DNA of 64,000 nucleotides, taken from contig NC_043026.1 in the NCBI RefSeq assembly GCF_006345805.1, forward strand, positions 13,061,579 through 13,125,578, in the 5' to 3' direction. The DNA comes from Octopus sinensis (lineage: Eukaryota). This document shows, one piece after another, positions 50,515 through 62,366 of the stretch (its first letter is position 1; each line of letters opens with the position of its first letter). The notes below the pieces were generated by a model. It saw only the letters and a program-made list of their open reading frames with translations. It had not been told where the DNA came from and searched no databases. Position numbers and translations under genes: made by a program.

Positions 50515-51775
50515 ATTTACGCAAGATTTAGGAATTTAATTGTTTTATCAACAAATTTAGGAATTTAATTATTTAATCAATAAATTTATTAAATTTAGGA
50601 ATTTAATTATTTTATCAACAAATTTAGGAATTTAATTATTTAATCAATAAATTTATTAAATTTATGAATTTAATTATTTTATCGCTAGATTTAGGAATTT
50701 AATTATTTAATCAATAAATTTATTAAATTTAGGAATTTAATTATTTTATCGCTAGCTTTAGCAATTTAATTATTTTATCAACAAATTTATGAATTTAATT
50801 ATTTAATCAATAAATTTATTAAATTTATGAATTTAATTATCTTATCGCTAGATTTAGGAATTTTATTATTTTATCAACAAATTTAGGAATTTAATTATTT
50901 AATCAATAAATTTATTAAATTTATGAATTTAATTTTTTTATCACTAGATTTAGGAATTTAATTATTTAATCAATAAATTTATTAAATTTAGGAATTTAAT
51001 TATTTTATCGCTAGCTTTAGGAATTTAATTATTTTATCAACAAATTTATGAATTTAATTATTTAATCAATAAATTTATTAAATTTAGGAATTTAATTATT
51101 TTATCGCTAGATTTAGGAATTTAATTATTTTATCAACAAATTTAGGAATTTAATTATTTAATCAATAAATTTATTAAATTTAGGAATTTAATTATTTTAT
51201 CGCTAGATTTAGGAATTTAATTATTTTATCAACAAATTTATGAATTTAATTATTTAATCAATAAATTTATTAAATTTAGGAATTTAATTATTTTATCGCT
51301 AGATTTAGGAATTTAATTATTATATCAACAAATTTAGGAATTTAATTATTTAATCAATAAATTTATTAAATTTAGGAATTTAATTATTTTATCGCTAGAT
51401 TTAGGAATTTAATTATTTTATCAACAAATTTAGGAATTTAATTATTTAATCAATAAATTTATTAAATTTAGGAATTTAATTATTTTATCGCTAGATTTAG
51501 GAATTTAATTATTTTATCAACAAATTTATGAATTTAATTATTTAATCAATAAATTTATTAAATTTATGAATTTAATTATCTTATCGCTAGATTTAGGAAT
51601 TTTATTATTTTATCAACAAATTTAGGAATTTAATCAATAAATTTATTAAATTTATGAATTTAATTATTTTATCGCTAGATTTAGGAATTTAATTATTTAA
51701 TCAATAAATTTATTAAATTTAGGAATTTAATTATTTTATCGCTAGATTTAGGAATTTAATTATTTTATCAACAAA
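50515..51775. repeat. AT-rich minisatellite with higher-order structure (29/38/29-bp monomers)
   Basis: Monomers tta(g/t)gaatttaattatt + ttatcaacaaat / taatcaataaatttattaaat / ttatcgctagat, mostly in A-B-C order. Confidence 0.9.
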
Positions 51776-52512
51776 ATTTTCTGCTGATAGCAAACTACAT
51801 AAGAATCTTTGTTCCATACTTTACATATTTTAATAAATTAAGAACTAACGTAAAAGCTAATACATTTGACTATTTTGTTGTCATTTCAGAGACTTTATGT
51901 TAATAAGAGACATTTTATCTTAGGAGATTATCTACCATAGTAAAAAAAAAAGAGAAAAAAGCAGAATAATTGGACAAATTTTACGCAATGGTGCTGAGAT
52001 AGCTTAATGCAGTGAGAGAAGAAAGATAAAAAAATTCTCTTTTGCAGACAAACTTTTACGAATCCAGCGATATAGGAAAATACATGAATAAAATAGCCTA
52101 GATATTAATATTGTTCATATTTAGTTGTATATAAAAGAATGTTGGTTCAATTTTCAGAATGTAGGATTATTTTGTAATTTAGAATGGACCTATAAGTCAC
52201 TGGTGTTCTTAGTAAAATTTGTGGTAGGAAATAGTTTTAGTTAAGCACCTTCAAATGTTAGTGGATATTTATTAAGTCAAATCAAGTTTGTAATCATATT
52301 AGTAATTATTTAGTTGAAAATATTACATTTATCTATTTATCAATTTCTGCTGTAGGCATCATATGTGAGAATAGTTATTTATTTGTAGATATATGAATTC
52401 ATAAAATATACACTTTTTGTAATCATGAATATATGTATAATTTGAAGATGTATCTGAAGTTCTCACCGTAAGAAGCTCCGTTTCTCTTTAAGGATCCCAC
52501 ACCGAAAATATT

Positions 52513-53337
52513 TTACTTTCTCGGTTCAAACTTGAATTCTTTGCGCAACGTCGACATAATCTGAGGCATTTGTTTACAACCATTGTATTCCGGATTATCC
52601 GAACTTTGGAATTCTAAAGAGGCAACATACTTAGAGACAGCGGTTAAAAGTGTCATCATTTCGTATTTAGTGCCATATTCCTTCAACATTTTACTTAAAG
52701 TTTGCATAAACCACGAACCTTTTTCTTTATCCCTCATTGACGGATATTTATTTGATGACGAATGGAAAACCAACATATCTGCCATGATTGGAATTTTCGG
52801 TGGCTTTTTTTCAAATCCTAAACCGCAAGCATCTTTTTTTTCGACTCCAAGATCAGGCTTGCTTCCACGACATGCTTCAATAAAGATTAATTTAGGTATT
52901 CCTGTCAGAGATGGACAGCGATCGGGTCTCAGGCAAGAAAGCAATTCGTCTAGCTCAACTTCACCGTCGTATCCATATATGATATCGTTTTCATCACCAT
53001 GGCTCAGAATCGCACAAACAAAGCAGTCAATATTACCTTTAATATGAGAATCCTCTTCGTTAAAATCGTTCAAAACCGCGAGCATTTCTTTCGCTGTTGC
53101 ATCTGTACACACGTTGATATCATTCTCGTGAAATCCAAGATCTTTTAATGCGCTTTTAAAATCTTCTGCATCTTTCGATGAGCCGAGACGAGTTGGAAGG
53201 TCCATGAAATTTTCATTGTTGAAGATGTAGGCAACACCTCGCTTTTTATGTGTCATATCATATTTATCGAAATATTTATCGTCCATAGTAGTCCCTGTGA
53301 CAATGCCATCGCCTGAATCTACTTCCTGGTCTGACAT
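52513..53337 (-). CDS. Intronless caspase-3/7-like peptidase C14 B, 274 aa (EACRG)
   Basis: AILSHG, IFIEACRG (52864-52878), SMRDKEKGSWF; N-peptide DQEVD|S. Confidence 0.93.
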   Translation of the reverse strand: MSDQEVDSGDGIVTGTTMDDKYFDKYDMTHKKRGVAYIFNNENFMDLPTRLGSSKDAEDFKSALKDLGFHENDINVCTDATAKEMLAVLNDFNEEDSHIKGNIDCFVCAILSHGDENDIIYGYDGEVELDELLSCLRPDRCPSLTGIPKLIFIEACRGSKPDLGVEKKDACGLGFEKKPPKIPIMADMLVFHSSSNKYPSMRDKEKGSWFMQTLSKMLKEYGTKYEMMTLLTAVSKYVASLEFQSSDNPEYNGCKQMPQIMSTLRKEFKFEPRK

Positions 53338-53776
53338 GTTATTTCTGTTGCATCAAGTGAAACCAGGTCAGGTTATTATCCAATGCGCATGCGTTAGCGA
53401 AATCCAACTCCTGGCTTCGAAGTGAAAAACAAAATTGGAAAAAATTTTGGGGCCAAGTGCGGCTTTTGTATTCCTGAACCCCTGCAAAATATTCCCAGTT
53501 CCTTTAAATCGCATTTCGTCCAAAATGAAAGTGAAGTTCTTTTTCAAAAAGAACTAATTGAAATAACAGTTCGTCGAATGTAAACTGCAATCGGCTGCAG
53601 AAATGAGGTCACACTTCACACAAGCTTCTATAAAAGGAAATGTCAATAAAAATACGGGAGCGGCCACGAGGAAATGGATTTTAATAACACACACACACAC
53701 ACACATATATATTTTCACCCATCGCGGTGGGTTCTGGAACGTAACACCCGCAATAGTCAAAGGGTTACTGTATTAC

Positions 53777-54745
53777 GGCGAGCTGGCAGAATCGTTAGCA
53801 CGCCGGGCGAGATGCTTAGTGGTATTTCGTCTGCCGTTACGTTCTGAGTTCAAATTCCGCCGAGGTCGACTTTGCCTTTCATCCTTTCGGGGTCGATTAA
53901 ATAAGTACCAGTTACACACTGGGGTCCATATAATCAACTTAATCCGTTTGTCTGTCCTTGTTTGTCCCCTCTGTGTTTAGCCCCTTGTGGGTTGTAAAGA
54001 AGTAGGTATTTCGTCTGTCACTACGTTCTGAGTTCAAATTCCGTCGAGGTCGACTTTGCCTTTCATCCTTTCGGGGTCATTAAATAAGTACCAGTTACAC
54101 ACTGGGGTCCATATAATCAACTTAATCCGTTTGTCTGTCCTTGTTTCTCCTCTCTGTGTTTAGCCCCTTGTGGGTTGTAAAGAAATAGGTATTTCGTCTG
54201 CAGCTACGTTCTGAGTTCAAATTCCGCCGAGGTCGACTTTGCCTTTCATCCTTTCGGGGTCGATTAAATAAGTACCAGTTACACACTGGGGTCCATATAA
54301 TCGACTTAATCCGTAATCCGTTTGTCTGTCCTGTTTGTCCCCTCTATGTTTAGCCCTTGTGGGTAATAAAGAAATAGGTATTTCGTCTGCCGTTACGTTC
54401 TGAGTTCAAATTCCGCCGAGGTCGACTTTGCCTTTCATCCTTTCGGGGTCGATTAAATAAGTACCAGTTACACACTGGGGTCCATATAATCGACTTAATC
54501 CGTTTGTCTGTCCTTGTTTGTCCCCTCTATGTTTAGCCCCTTGTGGGTAATAAAGAAATAGGTATTTCGTCTGCCGTTACGTTCTGAGTTCAAATTCCGC
54601 CGAGGTCGACTTTGCCTTTCATCCTTTCGGGGTCGATTAAATAAGTACCAGTTACACACTGGGGTCCATATAATCGACTTAATCTGTTTGTCTGTCCTTG
54701 TTTGTCCCCTCTGTGTTTAGCCCCTTGTGGGTAGTAAAGAAATAT
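53777..54745 (+). mobile_element. Family D SINE: one head plus 5 tandem bodies
   Basis: ggcgagctggcagaatcgttagc head, then about 185-bp units; inserted into the caspase-B upstream region and absent at the paralogous 49265 site. Confidence 0.75.
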
Positions 54746-54925
54746 GTATTACCACGTGCTTTTTTATAGGACCAGAGTCGCCTTCAGATGATAACTTTTC
54801 CTTTTTTTTTCTTTCTTTCATTCTTTTTGTTGTTGCTGTTGTGAAAATGCTTATTGCCTTACTGTAATGAGTGAGCTGGATCGGAGATGATATGGTTTTA
54901 AACAACATTAATTAAAACATAATTG

Positions 54926-55316
54926 AGTGTGTGTGTGTGTGTGTGTGTGTGTGTTGTGTGTGTGTGTGTGTATTCGTGAGCATTCTGAAAGAGAAAGAAA
55001 GAAACACGATTGCCGATAGAGAAATGCACAGAAGGTTGGTACTACTTAAGAAGAGTGGTCCCGGTGCGCGCACTCGCGTACTCGCGCTAGCTAGGCGTGA
55101 CTAGTCGATCCTACAACGACTACCTAGCAAAGTAAATAAAACACAAAAAACACAAAGTAAGGATCGACTAGTCACGACTAGCTAGCGCGGATGCGCGACT
55201 ACGCGAGTGCGCGCACCGGGACCACTCTTCTTAAGTAGTACCAACCTTCTGTGCATGTTTCTATCGGCAATCGTGTTTCTTTCTTTCTCTTTCAGAATGC
55301 TCACGAATACACACGT

Positions 55317-55403
<87 letters not shown>
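54926..55403. mobile_element. Complete CpG-rich foldback element bounded by (TG)n and (CA)n
   Basis: Inverted arms run from the (TG)n tract through tattcgtgagcattctgaaagag...gtcgatcct and back; short A-rich spacer. Confidence 0.75.
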
Positions 55404-55408
<5 letters not shown>

Positions 55409-55625
55409 GACTAAACGAAGCAAGATATGACATTGCTTCGTTTTACACCTTCGTATACATTTTTTGCTCACAGTCAAGGATGTGTATGCCGTTCAAACCG
55501 AAAGGGTCCAAAAGCTCACATTAAAATATTGTAAAATATAAAAAAAAAATTGAGATGGGGAGGAAGGAGGAAAATAAATTTTGGGAAGTTTTCTTTTTTT
55601 TTTTTTTGCTGTTCGTAATCTTCCA

Positions 55626-56210
55626 TAGGCGCAGGAGTGGCTGTGTGGTAAGTAGCTTGCTAACCAACCACATGGTTCCGGGTTCAGTCCCACTGCGTGG
55701 CATCTTGGGCAAGTGTCTTCTGCTGTAGCCCCGGGCCGACCAATGCCTTGTGAGTGGATTTGGTAGACGGAAACTGAAAGAAGCCTGTCGTATATATATA
55801 TATAGGCGCAGGAGTGGGCCTGTGTGGGTATATCTTGCTAACCAACCCATGTTCCGGTTCAGTCCCACGCGTGGCAATCGTGGGCAATGTCTTTGCTGTA
55901 GCCCCGGGCCGACAATGACTTGTGAGTGGATTTGGTAGACGGAAACTGAAAGAACCCGTCGTATATATGTTGTATTTAATATATATTATAGATTTGTATG
56001 TGTTTGTGTGTCTGTTTTGTCCCCCTAGCATTGCTTGACAACCGATCTGGTGTGTTTACGGTTAGTCCTACGTCCCCGTCACTTGCGTTCGGCAAAAGAG
56101 ACCGATAGAATAAGTACTGGGCTTACAAAGAATAAGTCCCGGGGTCGATTTGCCTCGACTAAAAGGGGGCTCCAGCATAGCCGTAGTCAAATGACTGAAA
56201 CAAGTGAAAG
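55626..56210 (+). mobile_element. SINE family A with duplicated head
   Basis: Heads at 55626 and 55803; tail to 56210; forms a tail-to-tail inverted pair with the copy starting at 56255. Confidence 0.7.
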
Positions 56211-56254
56211 AAAAAAGTATTAACGAAAAAATCTGAATGCTAAGAAAGTTTTGA

Positions 56255-56863
56255 TACTTGTTTCAGTCATTTTGCTGCGGCCATGCTGGAGCACCGCCTT
56301 TTTAATCGAGCAAATCGACCCCGGGACTTTTCTTTTTGTAGCCCAGTACTTATTCTATCGGTCTCTTTGCCGAACGCTAGGTTTACGGGGACCGTAAACA
56401 CACCAGCATCGGTTGTCAAGCAATGCTAGGGACACACACACCCACACACACACACACACATACACACACACACCACACACACCACACCACACATAATATA
56501 TATATATAACATACACATATATACGACGGGCTTCTTTCAGTTCAGTCTACCAAATCCACTCACAAGGCAATGGTCGGCCCGGGCTATAGCAGAAGACACT
56601 TGCCCAAGATGCCACGCAGTGGACTGAACCCGGAACCATGTGGTTGGTAAGCAAGCTACTTACCACACAGCCCCCCTACAACTATTACTAATATATATAT
56701 ATACGACGGGCTTCTTTCAGTTTCCGTCTACCAATCCACTCACAAGCAAATGTCGGTCCGGGGCTATAGCAGAAGACACTTGCCCAAGATGCTCGCAGTG
56801 GGACTGAACCCGGAACCATGTGGTTGGTAAGCAGGCTACTTACCACACAGCCTCTCCTACAAC

Positions 56864-56894
<31 letters not shown>

Positions 56895-57656
56895 TATAAT
56901 ATATATATTATAATATATACGACGGGCTTCTTTGAGTTTCCGTCTACCAAATCCACTCACAAGGCATTGGTCGGCCCGGGCTATAGCAGAAGACACTTGC
57001 CCAAGATGCCACGCAGTGGGACTGAACCCGGAACCATGTGGTTGGTAAGCAAGCTACTTACAAACAGCCTCCCTACCCTATATATATATATAATAATATA
57101 TATACGACGGGCTTCTTTTCAGTTTTCCGTCTACCAAATCACTCACAAGGCATTGGTCGGGCCCTGGGCTATAGCAGAAAACACTTTCCCAAGATGGCCA
57201 CGCAGTGGGAACTGAACCCGGAACCATTGTTGGTAAGCAGGCTACTTACCACACACAGCATCTCCTACAACTATTATATTATATATATACGACGGGCTTC
57301 TTTCAGTTTCCGCTCTACAAATCCACTCACAAGGCAATGGTCGACCCGGGCCTATAGCAGAAGACACTTGCCAGGATGGCACGCAGTGGGACTGAACCGG
57401 AACCATGTGGTTGGTAAGCAAGCTACTTACACACAGCCTAGCCTCCCCTACAACATATATATATATATAGATATATATATACGACGGGCTTTTCATCAGT
57501 TTCCGTCTACCAAATCCACTCACAAGGCATGGTCGGCCCGCGGGCTATAGCAGAAGACACTTGCCCAAGATTCTACGCAGTGGGACTGAACCCGGAACCA
57601 TGTGGTTGGTAAGCAGGCTACTTACCACAAGCCCAGCCCTCCCCTACAAACTATAT

Positions 57657-57689
<33 letters not shown>

Positions 57690-58070
57690 TATATAATATA
57701 TATAATATATATATACGACGGGCTTCTTTCAGTTCCGTTACCAAATCTCACTCATCAAGGGCAATGGTCGGCCCGGGGCTATAGCAGAAGACACTTGCCC
57801 AGGATTCCACGCAGTGGGACTGAACCCGGAACCATGTGGTTGGTAAGCAAGCTACTTACCACACAGCCTCCCCTACAACTATATTATATACTATATATAC
57901 GACGGGCTTCTTCAGTTGTCCGTTTCTACCAAATCCAATCACACAGGATTGGTCGGACACCGGGGCTATAGCAGAAGACACTTGCCCAAGATTGCCACGC
58001 CGTGGGACTGAACCCGGAAACCATGTGGTTGGTAAGCAAAGCTACTTACCACACAGCCACCTCCTTGCAT
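56255..58070 (-). repeat. Family A SINE with about 8 tandem copies of its 5' half (about 190-bp unit)
   Basis: atacgacgggctt...ttaccacacagcc repeats start at about 56523, 56703, 56920, 57104, 57289, 57481, 57715 and 57899; indel-noisy. Confidence 0.75.
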
Positions 58071-58150
58071 CTATGGGCAATCTTGGGCCGACCAATGCCT
58101 TGTGAGTGGATTTGGTAGACGGAAACTGAAAGAAGCCCATCGTATATATG

Positions 58151-58181
<31 letters not shown>

Positions 58182-58709
58182 TTGTGTGTCTGTATTTGAC
58201 CCCCCACCCAACATCGCTTGACAACCGATGCTGGTGTGTTTACGTCGCCGTAACTTAGCGGTTCGGCGAAAGAGACCGATAGAATAAGTACTGGGCTTAC
58301 AAAAGAATAAGTCCCGGTGTCGATTTGCTCGACTAAAAAGGCGGTGCTCCAGCAAGGCCGCAGTCAAATGACTGAAACAAGTAAAAGAGTAAAAGAGTAC
58401 GGTTTCTACTTCGCGGATTTTCACTTATCGCGGTGGGTTCTCGAACGTTAACACCCGCAATAGTCGAAGGGTTTCTGTATTATACTTTTAATGTCCTGTG
58501 AAAGCAACATTTCGTTAGAAGTCGGTGATGGCGGTGAAAAGCGGTTATACGGTTGTGCGCATGCGCAGGCTTTCACACGCACGCGCACACACAGACACAC
58601 ACACACACGCGCAAAAACACCCATTGACCTTCAATGGAATACTGACACCCGCACTCGCACGACGTATGAACGTATGTTTGTACGTGTATATGAGAGACGA
58701 CGGGCGCAA

Positions 58710-58749
<40 letters not shown>

Positions 58750-58864
58750 ATGGGGTTCATGTAAACACAACACTATGAAGCTGAAGACGATTGCACACGC
58801 AAACACACACACGCACGCACACACACACACACACACATCCGTGTATATTTTATATACATGTACA

Positions 58865-59278
58865 TGGGCGCAGGAGTGGCTGTGTGGTAAGTAGCTTGCT
58901 TACCAACCACATGGTTCCGGGTTCAGTCCCACTGCGTGGCATCTTGGGCAAGTGTCTTCTGCTATAGCCCCGGGCCGACCAATGCCTTGTGAGTGGATTT
59001 GGTAGACGGAAACTGAAAGAAGCCTGTCGTATATATGTATATATATATATATGTATATGTGTGTGTGTGTGTTTGTGTGTCCGTATTTGTCCCCCTAGCA
59101 TTGCTTGACAACCGATGGTGGTGTGTTTATGTCCCCGTCACTTAGCGGTTCGGCGAAAGAGACCGATAGAATAAGTACTGTGCTTACAAAAGAATAAGTC
59201 CCGGGGTCGATTTGCTCGACTAAAAAGGCGGTGCTCCAGCATGGCCGCAGTCAAATGACTGAAACAAGTAAAAGAATT
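58865..59278 (+). mobile_element. SINE family A, full length
   Basis: Head to gaaacaagtaaaaga tail. Confidence 0.85.
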
Positions 59279-60147
59279 AAAACTATTTTCCCATTCAGCC
59301 CATATTCGTAGCATATCCAGTTTTCTGGTGATCGCTTCATGTTTTTCTCTACTTTTCGGGAGAAACTTACTTAGGCGCAAAGGAAATTATCCAGTCCGAA
59401 CAACATACGAAGTTTTGCACTTTTGGAAGGCAGGAAATTGCTCCGCAGGCAGACAAAATCACAGAAGACGCTTTCATTCACACTTCAGATATTTTAATAA
59501 ATTACGAACTAACTTAAAAGCTAATGCATTTTATTATTTCATTGCCAATTCAGAGACTTCACGTTAAGAAGAGACACATTTTATTAGGAAGTTATCCATA
59601 AGAGTTTTTAAAAATTAGGAGAGGATTTAAAAAAGCATTACGCAATGGTGCTTCGATAGTTTAATGCAGTGAGAAAACAAAGAAAAATTATTTCTCTTTG
59701 GTAGACAAACTGGTACGAATCCAGCGATATATGAAAGCATATGAATAAAATAGCCTACATATTAATATTGTTCATATTTAGCAAGGTTAGTTCAATTTTC
59801 AGGGTGTAGAATTATTTTGAAATTTAGAATGTTCACAGAAGGCATTGGAGTTCTTAGTAAAATTTATGCTAGGAAATAGTTTTAGTTAAGCGTCTTAAAA
59901 TGTTAGAGGATATTTATTAAAGCAAAATCAAGTTTGTAGTCGTATTAGCAATTATTTAGTTGGAAATATTACCTTTATCTTTTCATCAATTTATATTGTT
60001 GGTATAATGTAAAAATAATGTAATTATTTGTAGATATATGAATTCATAAAATATACTTCTTTTGCAATTGTAGATATATTCTTTTATATTCTTTTAATAT
60101 AACATGCACATCCAACGGAATTTCTCACTGTAGAAAGCTGAAATATT

Positions 60148-60972
60148 TTATTTCTTCGCTTCAAACTTTAGTTCTTTAAGCAATGTCGACACAATCTGAG
60201 GCATCTGTTTAAGATGAGCCTTTTCCTCGTCACTACTTTTAGTTTCTAAAGAGGCAACGTGGTTAGAGACAGCTGTTAAAAGTGTCAAGATTTCTTTTTT
60301 AGTGCCATATTTGGACAAAATTTTACTTAAACTTTGCATAAGCCACGATCCTTCAGTTTGCGTGAATGACTTATATCCATTATAACACGCATGAAAAACC
60401 AGCAGATCTGCCATAATTGGAAAATTGGTTTCATTTACTTCTGCTTCAGGTTCATCGCTTATGTCGATTCCTTTATCTCTCTCTATTCCGCGACATGTTG
60501 CAGTAAAAATTAATTTAGGTACTCCACTTAAAGATGGACATTTTTCGGGTGTCAGGTAAGAAAGCAATTCATGCAGTCCAACTGGAACACGGCCCTTTCC
60601 AAAAATCGTATCGTTTGTATGACCATGACTGATAATTGCACAAACAAAGCAACCAATATTTTCGTAACGACCATCTTTGTTAAAATTCTCCAAAACTTTA
60701 CTCATTTCACCGGTTGTTAAATTTGGCCAATCTACGATACACCTTTCAGAAAATCCAAGTTTTATTAATGCCGCTTTAAAAGCTTCTGTATCTTTTGATG
60801 AGCCTTCACGAGATTCAGGACGGTTGTTTTTGAAATTTTCGTGGTTGAAGATGTAGGCTACAAGTCGCTTTTTATCATCCATATCATATTTAGGGAAACG
60901 TTTACTAAGATCTTCCTTAGTTGGTGAATGGGGCTGATCGCTTGTCCCAACGTTTTCATCTCCATCTGCCAT
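60148..60972 (-). CDS. Intronless divergent caspase-like peptidase C14 C, 274 aa (ATCRG)
   Basis: KRLVAYIFN, SREGSSKD, CFVCAIISHG, PKLIFTATCRG (60487-60501), FPIMADLL, GSWLMQ, KQMPQ. Confidence 0.9.
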   Translation of the reverse strand: MADGDENVGTSDQPHSPTKEDLSKRFPKYDMDDKKRLVAYIFNHENFKNNRPESREGSSKDTEAFKAALIKLGFSERCIVDWPNLTTGEMSKVLENFNKDGRYENIGCFVCAIISHGHTNDTIFGKGRVPVGLHELLSYLTPEKCPSLSGVPKLIFTATCRGIERDKGIDISDEPEAEVNETNFPIMADLLVFHACYNGYKSFTQTEGSWLMQSLSKILSKYGTKKEILTLLTAVSNHVASLETKSSDEEKAHLKQMPQIVSTLLKELKFEAKK

Positions 60973-62366
60973 GGTAGTCGATGTAAGAATGTGATGAGCA
61001 GAACCTGGTTCCGTTTATTATATATTATTTCTGTCCTCTCAAATTGCTATCAATGCGCATGCGTTAACGAAATCCAACTCCTCGCTTCCAACTCAAAATA
61101 TACAAATGCATCAGAAATTCTCACCGTAATAATCTGCGTTTCTATTTAAGGACTCCACACCTTAAGGGGTTACACGATAAAAACTATCTGAGGGCTGAAC
61201 TCATAGGCGAGAGGGTTAAACGTTCAGATGCACGGTGTTCGATGATATCGATAGAATGTCTTTCTTCCCTTATTTGGCATTTAAAATTTCGGCAATGTTT
61301 CGTTGATGGTTTAAATCTTCGGCAATTTCCGTAAGGAAATTTTTATTTCTTTATTTTATTTACGTCATTTTGTAGGCGACATTTGCTTAGAAATCGTTGA
61401 GAGAGGGGAAAAGTGAACCACACCGAAGAGTGCGTGCGCAACCATTCACACACACACACACACACACACATACACACACACACATACACACACATACACA
61501 CACACATACACACATACATACATACATACACACACACGTACACATACAACCACTGACTTTTGTTGTGGATGAGTTGAATATTGAAACCCTCACTCGCAGA
61601 ATGCATGAATGCATTTAGGTGTATGTGCGAGAAAATGGCTGTGAATGTGTGTGTGTGTGCGTGTGTGTATGTGTGTGTGTGTGTGTATGTGTGTGTGTGC
61701 GCGCGTGCGTTTGAGTACGCGAGTGTATTTGCGGACTCGACCCTAGCGTCTGTTTCCATCCTTGCCCTCCCCACCGACTTCAAAGCAAATGTCGACTTTA
61801 AGAAAACATGAAATGGTAGTAAATAAATAAAATTATTTACGGAAATTTCAAAACAATAAGCTGCAAGAAAATAACAGGTAAATGACAAGATTGCCTGCCT
61901 TGCAGGTATAGAAAATTGCAGAAGCTTTCAGTCAAATTTAAATATTTTAAGAAATTAAGAACTGGCGTAAAAGCAAATACATTTTATTATTTCGCCGGCA
62001 TTTCAAAGATTTAATCTTAATAGCAAAATTTATAAGGAGATCATCCACCAGATTTTAAAATTAGCAGAAAAATTGGAAAAGATATTTAGAAATTGTGCTG
62101 AGATAGAATAATACAGTGAGTAAGAAAGAAAAAACAATTTCTCTTCGGCAGAGAAACTTTTACGAATGCAGCGGTATATGAAAGCGTATGAATAAAATGG
62201 CGCGCATATTAATATTGTTCATATTGTATATAAAAGAATGTTAGTCAATATTCAGAGTGAAGAGTTATTTTGAAATTTAGAATGTTCCTAGAAGGCACTG
62301 GAGTTCTTGGTAAAATTTACGTTAGGAAATAGCGTTAGTGAAACATCTCATTATATGATATTTCTG

